Part shown: positions 12,609-24,337 of the stretch, piece by piece
Numbering within the stretch: the first letter of the stretch is position 1
Layout of the letters: every line of letters starts with the position of its first letter
From: Macrostomum lignano
Taxonomy: Eukaryota
Reading direction: 5' to 3'
NCBI GenBank assembly: GCA_002269645.1
Contig: NIVC01000926.1
Location: 1-64,000, forward strand
DNA: 64,000 nt
Made by a program: the position numbers and the translations under genes
Notes under the pieces: model-generated
Databases searched by the model: none
What the model saw: the letters and a program-made list of their open reading frames with translations, nothing else
What the model was told of the DNA's origin: nothing

Positions 12609-14055
12609 TCACAAGAAGAAGCTAATTTTAGCACCATCCTTCTCCAAAGTTGCGATTGGGTTGCGCGACGGACCAGACTCGTTGGTCCCTGATTCACGGC
12701 GTTCGATTGCAAGCACCTTTGACGTAGTAGTCTCGTGGTGCAAACCTGCCGTGAGACTGCGAGAAACCTGGATCTTCCTTTTCTCAGAGATGCGTTTGGT
12801 GTACCGGCCGACGGATTCATCGTGGCGATGGCCTACAAATAAGCGGGAGAATAAATCTAGAATCTTAAGTTATGTGAAATAGGATACATTTTTTCATATT
12901 TAGCGCGCTACTGACCTGTAACAGCCTTGATTTCTTCCATGGAATGACCAGCTTCAGCCAGGTTCGTCTCGGTCGTAGTTCTGACGCAATGGTTGGTGTA
13001 GACGGCTCAGTCCGGCACGCTCAGAAATTTTCTTCATCATCTCGTTTAGCATGTTCGTGCCAAGAACGCAGGTTGAGGACTACCAATTTTCTGATCCAGG
13101 TTTGATCTTGAGAGGTTTCGGAAAAAGCACACTGACCTGCTGTGGAACCTTAGATAGGTACATCTCCACGGCTGCAACAGGGCATCGGGCATCGTCGGTT
13201 GCGAAAAGACGAAACTGTTTGCCGTCCGTCCAATCCCTCTCGGTGATTGTTTTCTCAGCTCCATCCTTGACCAGATCGACACACTTGACGCCGTTCTCTG
13301 ACGAGACAATCAGGTCTGACTTCTTCAGAGCTCGGATCGACTCTCTGCCACGGAAGCCAAAGTGGTACATAACCAAAAAGAAGATCTCGTCTTGAAGCTT
13401 CTGTGGATTACTTTTATCAAAGTACCCGCACAGCTTGTCCATATCGCTAGCGGTGATAGCCCGATACCCAAAGCTGTCGCCAATTGACCGCAGCATGCCG
13501 TTGTACGTTTGATTACTACGGCGAAATACGTCATCTCCGATCAAGTTTGTTCCACGAACATCCCGAAGGTAGCGATGAATACTCGCTCGAAAACAGCGCA
13601 ACCTGTCGGGAGCGTAATAGCGCTCGCCATCTTGATCAACAATCTTGAGGTTCACATACCACAGTCGCAAATAACTATCCACATACCGCAGCGGCATTAT
13701 TTGTATAGATTTCATCCGGTAGATTTCTCCCCCGTAGAAACTCTTTCAGGCGAGAAACGTGCAGTTTTGTCTGGGCCACGGTTGCGGCAGATTTGAAGTC
13801 CTCCTCCACCTTTGAAATCAAGGCCAAATCAGCTTGATCCAGCTCCACCGGTGTTGTTTCCATGCTAGTGACCTCCTCGGAGTCTAGCTCAGTCGAAAAT
13901 TTATCCAGAAATTCACTGTCCTCCAGTGAAACTCCAGTGTATTGGTTGATTACGCCAGGCGCATCTAGGCTCATCGACAGCCGAGAGACGAACTCGTATT
14001 CCTGCCGTTCGAGCCCGGCGATTTCTCCCTCGGCAATTCTTGCTAAATTTATCAT
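12609..14055 (-). mobile_element. Crypton-type tyrosine recombinase gene (DUF3504-like) no.1, with an 83-bp intron, one frameshift and one stop
   Basis: HFGFRGRE (catalytic R), CPVAAVEMYL, YTNHCVRTT (HxxR), VTG|HRHDESVGRY (H,Y). Intron 12833-12915 (gtcagt...tttgtag). Frameshift ~13700; TAG at ~13080. Confidence 0.85.
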
Positions 14056-14213
14056 GTTGGCTTGCAAAGCGAGCAGAAGAACTGCAAAGACTTGAATGAT
14101 TGTTAAATGAGAATGAAAATCAGAACTGAAAGAGCTCAGATAGCAGGATTCAGATTCTCGAAAAACTTGTCTATGGCTTCGCCCCCACACCCAATTTGTA
14201 CTCAGCCTCGCAG

Positions 14214-14308
14214 CGGGCCGAAATGACGATTCGGCCCGGGAATTTTGTCTGCCTAAACCTGCCTAGCCCGGCATCTGGAGCGGGCCGAAATGAAATTATT
14301 ATGGCCCG
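14214..14308. other. Palindromic sites upstream of Crypton no.1 (candidate recombinase-binding ends)
   Basis: CGGGCCGAA-ATGACGA-TTCGGCCCG (9-bp arms, 7-bp spacer) at 14214-14238, plus a variant at 14280-14308. Confidence 0.45.
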
Positions 14309-14545
14309 CGAATTCGACACAATATAGATATTTCTACCCCATTTGGCCGCTCCATATATATCTATGGTTCAATGCAACAATCCTTTCTTTGGCCCGGCCA
14401 AAGAAACAGCGGTCCGGGCCAGAGAAATCAACTCAACAACAGTGTATTTATTATCAGAAAGTGATGTAATAAAACAACATTAACAATGCAATATTAAAGG
14501 AAGGAATTTTTTACGATGCTGTATTTTGTCACTTCAATCATTCAA

Positions 14546-15064
14546 TCATTCGAAATACGAGTAGATGCTCACTTTGTTTGTATCGCCACACACCTCCAGG
14601 CGCATTCTCTTCACCCTTGGTCGACCACTGCCAACGCCACCGTCCATCTCGTCTCCAGCCCCGGCCGGCTCGGTTTTTGCTGCACTTTCCGGTTTCGTTT
14701 CAGCAGCTGCAGATCCAGCTAGGATGGCGCTGAAAGTTTTCTCTTGACTCATTGAGATGCCAATGTAGCGCTCTAAAGCGTTGCTACTGTGCCCGGTCAC
14801 ACGTGCTATGTCAGCTCGTTGCACGCCAGCCTCGTTCAGGGTGGTAGCGCAGGTCTTGCGTAGACTTTGATTCGTGTAGCGTGTACCATCACCAGGCGAA
14901 ACATCGTTCACTAAAGTCTTGACAGTGTCAGCCAGGGTATGCCGTCTCATTGGCGTCCGCATAAACCACTCGGCGCGGCTGTCTGGCTTCCACTGACGAT
15001 TGCATGACAAGATAAGAGCTTCATGGCACTCACGTGGCCGACGCGCGCAGTAGTCCGTGTACAC
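14546..15064 (-). mobile_element. Crypton-type tyrosine recombinase no.2, C-terminal half only
   Basis: WFMRTPMRRHTLADTVK...YTNQSLRKTCATTLNEAGV...IARVTGHSSNALERY. The 5' side is cut at the MITE at 15067. Confidence 0.8.
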
Positions 15065-15066
15065 AC

Positions 15067-15400
15067 AGACTAGAGTGTGACAAAAAACAGCTAGCCATTA
15101 GTTCGTTCCTAAGCTGTTGGATTGCTTGGCAAACCGGAAGTCAATCGATGCCGACTAATAGGGGGCCTATTGAATTGTCATCCTCAGAGATCTCAGATGT
15201 GTTAAGCCGATAAGAGGTCTCTGCTGGTAGCTCGTTTGCTATTACAGACGACGAAGGCCCTGAATTGTGAGCATAATTCCCAAGCATCTCTTAAAGTATT
15301 CAAAGTGGTGACATACGAATTTACTTAAAATTATGAGGACACTGAATGTTAGGAACGATCATTCCAATGGCTAGCTGTTTTTTGTGTCACACTCTAGTCT
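15067..15400. mobile_element. MITE with ~35-bp TIRs
   Basis: AGACTAGAGTGTGACAAAAAACAGCTAGCCATT ... AATGGCTAGCTGTTTTTTGTGTCACACTCTAGTCT. Confidence 0.7.
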
Positions 15401-15586
15401 CTTCCAAGGAATTTTACCTTAATGACCAGCGTTTTCGAAATCTTTGCTAGTCTTTTTTCCGGCAGCAGGAGCCTCAATGATTTTGCATCTTTACCTGATG
15501 AAGCACATTGAGCACTGGTAGCACATGCTGTACTGGAGCCTGCAGCACTTACAGAAAATACAAACAAACAAATGCAGGCACATATA

Positions 15587-16250
15587 CGAGGGGTGTACTG
15601 AAAGTTTTGAGATGCAACAAAACCAAAAGTTTCTGAGGCAAAATTTCTGTCACAATTTTTAAAAGTAGTTGCCACCAACTTGCACACATTTCTTTATCCG
15701 GTGAAACCACCGTGTCCATGCTCCAGCCCACTGTTCTTCAGGCACTGCTGAAACCACCCGCTCGAACTCGATTCTTGCTGCTTCAGGGCTCTCAAACCGA
15801 GTCCCACGAAATTGGTTCTTCACCAAAGGGAAGAGAAAGAAGTCGCAAGGTGCCAGGTCGGGCAAATATGCAGGATGCGTCACCAGCCGGACTCCATTCT
15901 TGGCCAGAAATGCCAATGTTGCAGCAGCCGTTTGCGCACTGGCATTGTCGTGGTGCAGCAGCAGGCCACGGTGCGCGGCCGGCGTCTGCGCCAAGCATCG
16001 AACACCAGCGGCAGGCACTGGTTGATATACCAGCCGGCATTGACTGTACGCCTGTCCTGGAGCGCTACAGTCGCCAGGTGGCTAGCCTGGCTGAAGAAAG
16101 TCGCCACCATCTGGTTCCCGACGCTGCGGGCTCGCCTGATCTTTGTTGGACTGGCATCATCCGGAAGGAGCCAAACTGCCGACAGCTGCTTGGTTTCTGG
16201 GTCGCACTGGTAGACCCAGGTCTCGTCCATCGTAGCAATTCTAATCTGTT
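15587..16250 (-). mobile_element. mariner transposon, 3' fragment with one TIR
   Basis: TA+CGAGGGGTG TIR. MDETWVYQCDPETKQ...HHDNASA...HPAYLPDLAPCDFFLF. One frameshift. Confidence 0.88.
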
Positions 16251-16593
16251 CACTTAGAGATTCTGCTTTTCATTCAGCTATTTATTTTCATGACAATATG
16301 CTCTCTATTTTCAACTTTATCTTTTCGTATTAGTAGCATGATATGGTTGTTCCTTAATGTAAACGAGAAAAAAGCTAAAGAATTACGCAACTTGGCGGAT
16401 AATGACAAATAAAAACCCAGAAAATCATACTATAAATGTATTTACTTAAAGTTTTTCAATGACTCCCGCGGTTGAACATTAAACCTTTAGTACTTAATTA
16501 ACACGGCAGCAGAGCATTTTTTAAATAACACAATAGCGCAACCTTGTCTAAAAAACACAGAAGAGCACACTAAACAGTAGTGGCCACTATTAA

Positions 16594-19347
16594 CAGTAGG
16601 AATACCAAGCCATTTTTCCGCCCGTCGAACTACCAAGGGGGGGGGAAATTTCCCCCCCCCCTGACAATTTTTTTTGCTGCGCCGGAACGGAGCAACGCAG
16701 GCACACGAAATTCAAGAACACGGGCTAACTTTTTGTTGCGCACCTTCTCAAACAAGAATCAAGTCGCCAGCCCTCCGGACCGTCGAGATATTCGACGATT
16801 CTGCCAGAAGGTCGGATTTTTCCCATAAGCGCTAGTGTATTCAGTACACCCATGTGCGCCAATTAGCACTGCGCCTCAGTGCAGCCTTGCCAAGTCTCCA
16901 AATTTCATCAGCACGTCGACCACATGTGTCTGCATTAGTTCTGACTTCGTTGGTCACTAGCCTTCACCCAGGTGGAGCTTCTGGACCCTCAACAGCTGTG
17001 GCACCAGGTGACTATGGACACCCTGATGCGGATTTCTCTAGTTTCGCCGATCAAGCCTCGACAGTGGGCAAGAATCAGCCGCCAGACATTCTCAGCTAGT
17101 CTCTCAAGCATTCCGTCATCATTCCGACGCCGTCGGCTCCTTCAACAGATTACACCAGGTGACTATGGACAGCCTGATAAGAATTTCTCTAGTTTCGCTG
17201 ATCAAGCCTCGACAGTGGGCAAAAATCAACTGCTGGACATCCTCAGCTAGTCATTCAAGCATTCAGCCATCACCCCGACGCCGTCGGCACCTTCAACAGG
17301 TGGCACCAGGTGACTATGAAGATCCTGTTGGAACTATGTCAGATTTTTCTTACCAAGCTTCAATAATAAGCAAACCTCAACCGATGGACATTGTCAGCTA
17401 GTTTCTCGAGCCTTCAGTCATCATCCCGACGCCGTCGGCACCTTCAACAGATTACACCAGGTGACTATGGACACCCTGATGCTGATTTCTCTAGTTTCGC
17501 CGATCAAGCCTCGACAGTGGGCAAGCCTCAACTTCTGAAAACCCTCAGCTAGTCTCTCGAGCCTTCCGTCACCACCCTGACGCCGTCAGCACCTTCAACA
17601 GGTGGCACCAGGTGACTACGGACATCCTGTTGCAAATATGTTAGATTTTTCTTATCAAGCTTCAATAATCGGCAAACCTCAACCGATGGACATTGTCAGC
17701 TAGTTTCTCGAGCATTCCGTCATCACCCCGATGCCGTCGGCACCTTCAACAGATTACACCAGGTGACTATGGACACCCTGATGCTGATTTCTCTAGTTTC
17801 GCCGATCAAGCCTCGACAGTGGGCAAGAATCAACCGTCAGACATTCTCAGCTAGTCTCTCAAGCATACCGTAATCATCCCGATGCCGTCGGCACCTTCAA
17901 CAGGTGGCACCAGGTGACTACGGATTTTTTTAAGCACGGACATTGCTATAGTTAAGCTTGAACTCATGTTGCTGTATATGTATATTATTATTGGGTTCTT
18001 ATATTATAGTTCAATAAACTAAACAGCTTGTCAAATAAAGTATGTATGTAGCTCGTATGTATAAAAGTATGTGTAATAATAATATACATATACAGCAACA
18101 TGAGTTCAAGCTTAACTATAGCAATGTCCGTGCTTAAAAAAATTTGAGAGCTTCAGAAATGTTCGGCGCATGATGAAAAATCACGCTCAGGTGTCCTTAC
18201 TCACCTGGTGCCACCTGTTGAAGGTGCCGACGGCGTCGGGGTGATGACTGAAGGCTCGAGAAACTAGCTGAGAATGTCCGGCAGTTGAGGTTTGCCCATT
18301 ATTGAAGCTTGATAAGAAAAATCTGACATATTTGCAACAGGATGTCCGTAGTCACCTGGTGTAATCTGTTGAAGGTGCCGACGGCGTCGGGGTGGTGACG
18401 GAAGGCTCGAGAGACTAGCTGAGGGTTTTCAGAAGTTGAGGCTTGCCCACTGTCGAGGCTTGATCGGCGAAACTAGAGAAATCAGCATCAGGGTGTCCAT
18501 AGTCACCTGGTGTAATCTGTTGAAGGTGCCGACGGCGTCGGGATGATGACTGAAGGCTCGAGAAACTAGCTGACAATGTCCATCGGTTGAGGTTTGCCCA
18601 TTATTGAAGCTTGGTAAGAAAAATCTGACATAGTTCCAACAGGATCTTCATAGTCACCTGGTGCCACCTGTTGAAGGTGCCGACGGCGTCGGGGTGATGG
18701 CTGAATGCTTGAATGACTAGCTGAGGATGTCCAGCAGTTGATTTTTGCCCACTGTCGAGGCTTGATCAGCGAAACTAGAGAAATTCTTATCAGGCTGTCC
18801 ATAGTCACCTGGTGTAATCTGTTGAAGGAGCCGACGGCGTCGGAATGATGACGGAATGCTTGAGAGACTAGCTGAGAATGTCTGGCGGCTGATTCTTGCC
18901 CACTGTCGAGGCTTGATCGGCGAAACTAGAGAAATCCGCATCAGGGTGTCCATAGTCACCTGGTGCCACAGCTGTTGAGGGTCCAGAAGCTCCACCTGGG
19001 TGAAGGCTAGTGACCAACGAAGTCAGAACTAATGCAGACACATGTGGTCGACGTGCTGATGAAATTTGGAGACTTGGCAAGGCTGCACTGAGGCGCAGTG
19101 CTAATTGGCGCACATGGGTGTACTGAATACACTAGCGCTTATGGGAAAAATCCGACCTTCTGGCAGAATCGTCGAATATCTCGACGGTCCGGAGGGCTGG
19201 CGACTTGATTCTTGTTTGAGAAGGTGCGCAACAAAAAGTTAGCCCGTGTTCTTGAATTTCGTGTGCCTGCGTTGCTCCGTTCCGGCGCAGCAAAAAAAAT
19301 TGTCAGGGGGGGGGGAAATTTCCCCCCCCCCCTTGGTAGTTCTACTG
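16594..19347. mobile_element. Foldback element (2.75 kb) with ~1.2-1.3-kb inverted arms, 150-bp subrepeats and TTAA flanks
   Basis: TTAA|CAGTAG...CTACTG|TTAA. The arms are near-perfect reverse complements (mirror-image ORFs at 16854/18868, 16972/18717, 17159/18566). CAGGTGACTA recurs about every 150 bp. No transposase seen. Confidence 0.85.
17924..18143. mobile_element. 220-bp hairpin/MITE at the centre of the foldback
   Basis: ~68-bp inverted repeats ATTTTTTTAAGCACGGACATTGCTATAG... / ...CTATAGCAATGTCCGTGCTTAAAAAAAT. Confidence 0.75.
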
Positions 19348-20218
19348 TTAAGCCGAGAAAAACTCGCCGACCACACAGTGAGAACGTCTTCTTCTAGAAG
19401 CACAGTTTCCCTGTCTTCATAGACCTGAACGTCATAGAAGTCCGCAGCATTAGTCTGAACCTGTGGGCCTACATGTCTCCTATCGTTCCCGTCCTGATTT
19501 CGTGGATTGCACTTTGTCCGTTTTGATTCAGTCTTTCTGGCTTGCCTCCCTTGTTGGACGTGCCCATCATTCTTTATTCTCGGTTTCTTTGCTGACGGTG
19601 CCCGCGCGTACGAACAGGCAAAAAACGATGCAAAAACGGTGTAAAACGTTGGACTTCTTTTAAAAATCTCAGTGACAAATGCAGGATCTTCTGTTCCTTG
19701 CCGTCGTTTCCGATTTGCTATACCGTATAAGTATGGCAGGCCGTTCGGCGTGTGATTTTGAACCGTCAAAAGATTCAAAGTTCGTTTGTACTTTATCCGA
19801 ACGAAATCAGGTAGGGAGATTCGTTAGCGTTTGTCTGCTGAGACAGTTCGTTCTTTACTAGTTGAAAATTATTTTCAGCTGTAACGTTAGAGTACCAAGA
19901 CTTCACTTATGTAATGTTTGTGTAATACTCTACAATGAAGGGGTGCCAGTGGCAGCCATCGTTCGATTAGGAACGAGAGTAGAGCCTTTGAATAATCATT
20001 ATTCTTGACGTGCTCTTGTAAACACTCTGGTGAGGAGGCATGGAACTTTTCAAAGAGGTGATTGTCTACGCAATGAGTTAACTGTTCGCTCATCATCTGG
20101 GTAGAATGTGCAGCGGCTGGTCGAAGCATCGTCATCGCCCAAAACGGTCTCGGTGTCAGGCAAGCAATTTCAGTTAGAAACGTTGTCCAAACAATGCGAT
20201 AACTTGCTTCGCTACGGT

Positions 20219-23200
20219 CACAGATTCTATATTACCTAGATTGGTCACTCCAAGAGAAATCGTTCGCTTATCGAAAACCCAGTGTTTTTGCCACAGACGC
20301 GAGTTGAATACTGCCGCATTAACATATATTTTTAGTAAACTATGTTATTTGCCTTTAACGCTAGGCGAGCCAATATTGAGAAATGACTTTTAATTGGAGA
20401 AAACGCGAGTAACAATTTTCTGAGCCGAATATTTATTGAATGCGCGGAACATTAAAACAAATAAAGATATTATTACTTCCATAAAGATATGGTGATTAAA
20501 CAAGCAAGTATGACAGGCAAGCATGACAGATAAGCATGACAGATAAGCGTGACAGATAAGCGTGACTGATAAGCATGACAGATAAGCGTGACAGATAAGC
20601 AAACGCAGTATTTAAGAAAGCGTGCCAAATAAGTAAAATAATGAAGCACAGTGAGTACCCTAACCATGCATCATGTCACAACTTCTTGAGCTTGCGGTTA
20701 GCAATAGCGCGATCTCTTTCCTTCCGCACAGTCTCCATCTTCTCTCGGCACCACTGATGCAATCGCATGTGCACAAAAAGCCTTGCCGCTTGTGCATTGC
20801 TTTCGGCTCGATGTTCGATACAAAATGGAAGCTGCACACCAACTCGCTCAAATCTGCCGAGGATTCTTGCCCCAATGGCATCAGCAGCTGCTGCTGTTGC
20901 CATTTCTCGACGAAAAATCTTCTCCATCTTGCAGAATATCGCAACACATGCGCTCGACGGCTAAGTAAGGCCGTATCGAGAATCTTCAAAGTTTTTGTGG
21001 GTGAAGGTTCGAGCAGGTGACTCGTCTGTTACCAACTCATCCTTACAGCTGTTGCATGCAAAAATTTGCAGCTTCCGAAAAATCCATCCTCCGATGTAAG
21101 GGACTACTTCAGTAGCCTCCACATTGTCAAATGCAATTTCTGTTGCAACGTCTCCATCTGCAGAAACTGCCCGATGCTGCTGGGGCTGCTCTGCAGCTGA
21201 AGTTGATGCAGCCGTGACCTTCTCACGTAAGTCACGAATCTCAACTGCCATGGCATCACCATCGTCCTCACAGTTTGTGCCGTTCGCAAGCTTGCGTTCC
21301 ATTTTGCCAGCACTGATGGATCGAAGTGCACCGAGAAACGCATGCAGTTCCGGCTTCTCGTTGAAGCCATTGCGGCCTCTCACCATGGAGAAAAAATTCT
21401 GCAGCAGAAACAAGAAGGCATGAACACTATATGTAACAACTGAAAACCATTTTCAGGCAGATACTCACCTCAACATGATCCTGGGAAAAGCGTCGAAGGC
21501 ACAAATACGACACACCAGCTTCCCTTAGGCCGAAGTGAATGATGCGCTTCGCTGACTCGATAGAAAGCAGCCAGCCTTCTTTAAACGGCATGGTTGTCTT
21601 GCTCCTTCCACCTCTCACAGGCGAGAATCGCCATGTCAAAATGAATTCTTGCGCTGCTGATAGCTGGCTCAGTACCGTCTCAGCGGACTCTTCGGTAACT
21701 GCACCTTTTCCATGCTTGCCGAATAAACTAGCAGAGTTGAGAATGTCAAACATCTCGTTTACTTTCTCCACAAACTCAGCTGTCTGCAGAGCGGACTTCT
21801 CCATTCGATCATGATCAACCAGAACTCGCATGCCACTCGCAACGGAATGGCTGAAAACCTGCGCCGCCAGCGAGACTTTCATTTTCTGCGCGATGCCGGG
21901 ACAGAAATGCGCATCTGTCAGTTTTACCGCCAGCTTCAACTCTCGTCTGCGCTCAGACTCGTAGAATTCACGCAGGTGTCGCCAGGTGGCCCGCTTGTTG
22001 CCATTATACTCGATGTCGTGCTTAAGCAGGCAGTTTCTCGTATTTTTCAAGCAGTGAGGAACGTCCAGTATGAAGTACACGGGCTCGCCTGTAGTATGGA
22101 TGTGGAAAGCTTGGCTGCGACAAGGAGACCGTCTTCCTGATGTGAGCCCACTGTGTAGGCTCTTGATCAGTCACCACTGCCTTCACACAAATTTCTGCTT
22201 CATTAGCGGCCTTCAGGCATTCGTTGATGGCAGCCTTGAATTCCGGCTGTTTTTGGCCGTGGTTGACTAAGTAGCAGGCGATGGGCTGTTTCCACGGGGC
22301 CACGATGCCTCGCAGTTGTGCAACAATGGCCTGATTCACCGGCTTTGCATCTTCCAACGCCTCGAATCCTGAAGCCAGTCCAATAATTGCATCGCTATTC
22401 TTGTCAAACCTGACTGATGGAGAGATGCGCATTCCGTCCAGGCAGAGCGTAGCGATCTTTTCATCCCTAGACTTTCGTGAAAAGCAGGTCTTCAGTTCAG
22501 CGATGGTGAAGCTGCAGACTCCGGTATCCGAAAAAAATAATCGAATTCTGCGCTTCAGAACTGTTTCGGATGAAAGCAGAAGGCCTGATTGCCTGCGTAG
22601 GAACCGATAAGCAGCAGGACTCAAGTGGTGAATCACAATGGCTTCTCGCACCTGCTTGCGATTCCAGCGCATACCGCGATTTCGAATTCGGCGTGTTGCA
22701 ACTGTCTGCTGTTCAGAAGTGGCAGTTGAAGCTCTTTGAAGCTTCTGCTTTAATCTTTTGATGACTCCATCTCGATATCGAGCTCTATCCCGCTGTTTCT
22801 TCCGCTCCTTTCGAATTTCGTTGCGGTTGTTTGTTGCCCTGTCTTCTGAACCAGTTTTATTCTGAGCGTCGGCTGGCATTGCGTGTAGCTCAGGCATCTC
22901 GACAGCATACGTATCTTCACAATGCAGAACTGGTGGATACATGTTGTCAGCAATGTGGTCTGGTCGTGGCTCGACTTCAACCGATTCCTTCTCCAAGCGT
23001 GGTGGAAAAGTGTAGGGATTTGGAAGGGCATCTTTTCTAAGTCGAGCTGAACGTCGTTCGTGTAGTGGGCAGGAGTAATCGGTTTCTTTAAAATGCAGAC
23101 TGCACACTTTCAGCCTCCGCTGCCGCACAAAATTTAAGTCAACATCGCGTAATTCAAGTATCTCTATCCAACGAACTGCTACCTGGTCATCGCTTGGAAA

Positions 23201-23521
23201 TTTGTGTAGATGGACTGCAAATCCATGCACTGAAGCTGGAGTGTCCTCTGTAGTATAGCAGGCAGCTGCACAACAAGCGTGGCTACTAAGACGATTGATG
23301 ATCAGCTCCATGGCTTACGTGCGAAGCAGCAGCTCACAGCCAGCGAGTTTTGAGCTCGCGATAGATTTATCAAATAAATTATTAAATGCAGAGTGCTGCG
23401 CTGGCAGCAGACAACTGACTGTCTATGGGCAAAACGCTGGGTTTTCGCGGCAGACGGCTGGCGGACGCAGTTTCCATTGCAAATTCGATGAGTGACCAAT
23501 CTAGGTAATATAGAATCTGTG
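20219..23521 (-). mobile_element. Full-length P-element superfamily transposon (3303 bp)
   Basis: Perfect 32-bp TIR CACAGATTCTATATTACCTAGATTGGTCACTC (20219-20250 / 23490-23521). 8-bp TSD GCTACGGT (20211-20218 / 23522-23529). 14-bp subterminal tandem repeat at ~20500-20600. Confidence 0.93.
20676..23311 (-). CDS. THAP-domain P-element transposase (THAP9-like), with a 70-bp intron and frameshifts
   Basis: THAP motif (CCAAAC...FP...W...VCSLHF); LCLDGM, LDVPHCLKNTRN, KMKVSLAAQVFS, QDHVE|NFFS across intron 21399-21468 (gtgagt...ctgcag). Frameshifts near 22075 and ~20950. Confidence 0.88.
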
Positions 23522-23949
23522 GCTACGGTCACCAAGTCTTAATATTTTTCTAGGCACATCAAGTAGACAAAACATCGAATAAATAATTATGAATTCTTGG
23601 ACACTGAATTCTGTGCCAGAGCGAAGATTTCTACTTACTGCGCCTATAATGTGGTTCGAGAAAGCAAAAGGGATTGTTGACAAGCGTCCGGCTGCACCGT
23701 TTTTAACGATGTCAAATAAATGCCGTAGAACGTCGGAAATGGACATTTAAGTGAACACAAGGCAGACGCAGTGAATCATCGCCTATGAAAAATCAGTCAT
23801 AGCCATGCCGACTTTCATAGCCATTCATAAAATTGTTAGAATCTGTCGCTTCTTGTGCGGCGTTAACAAGACAAGCGTAGAAAATACTCCTTCCAGGTGG
23901 AAGCGTAAATCCACTTTCACATCTAAGCCGTTCTACGCCTTCTCTTTTT

Positions 23950-24296
23950 CTTCGGCAGTGCTGCGGCGACATCTCGAAAAGAGGTATATAGTGGTTGGTG
24001 GAGCATCTGTGCAATCAGCAAGCTGGCGGACTGTCATGCGAGCATCTTCATCCAGAAGTGCCTTGATGCGAGAGGCCAGTTCTTTGTTAAATGGATTCTT
24101 TGGGCGACCAGAGCGAGGGTGATCGCCAAGTTCCCCCTGGCCTCTAAGCCTTCAATCCAGTTGCGCACAGTGCGGATACTAACAGCGTGGTTCTGATAAG
24201 CAGCCACTAGTCTTCATGAATCTTGGTGGGATTCAGGTGATTCTTCCACAAGATAAAAGCTGCTGCTCGCTGGGCCTCAGCGCTATGAGCATCCAT
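23950..24296 (-). mobile_element. mariner transposase N-terminal (HTH) fragment, degenerate
   Basis: MDAHSAEAQRAAAFILWK...PTKIHE...VSIRTVRNW...DHPRSGRP...LDEDARMTVRQLA (read across frameshifts). Confidence 0.65.
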
Positions 24297-24337
24297 AGAG
24301 AGATTAGGGCTTCTTGAACTTTAATCCTATAAAATAT

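Noticed and set aside
16854-19113. Mirror-image ORFs in the foldback arms
   Set aside because: Short, interrupted by stops in each 150-bp unit, and duplicated only because of the inverted repeat.
15587-24296. Idea that the mariner C-terminal (15587-16250) and N-terminal (23950-24296) fragments are one split element
   Set aside because: No matching TSDs or junctions link them, and the intervening linker sequence is not recognisable.
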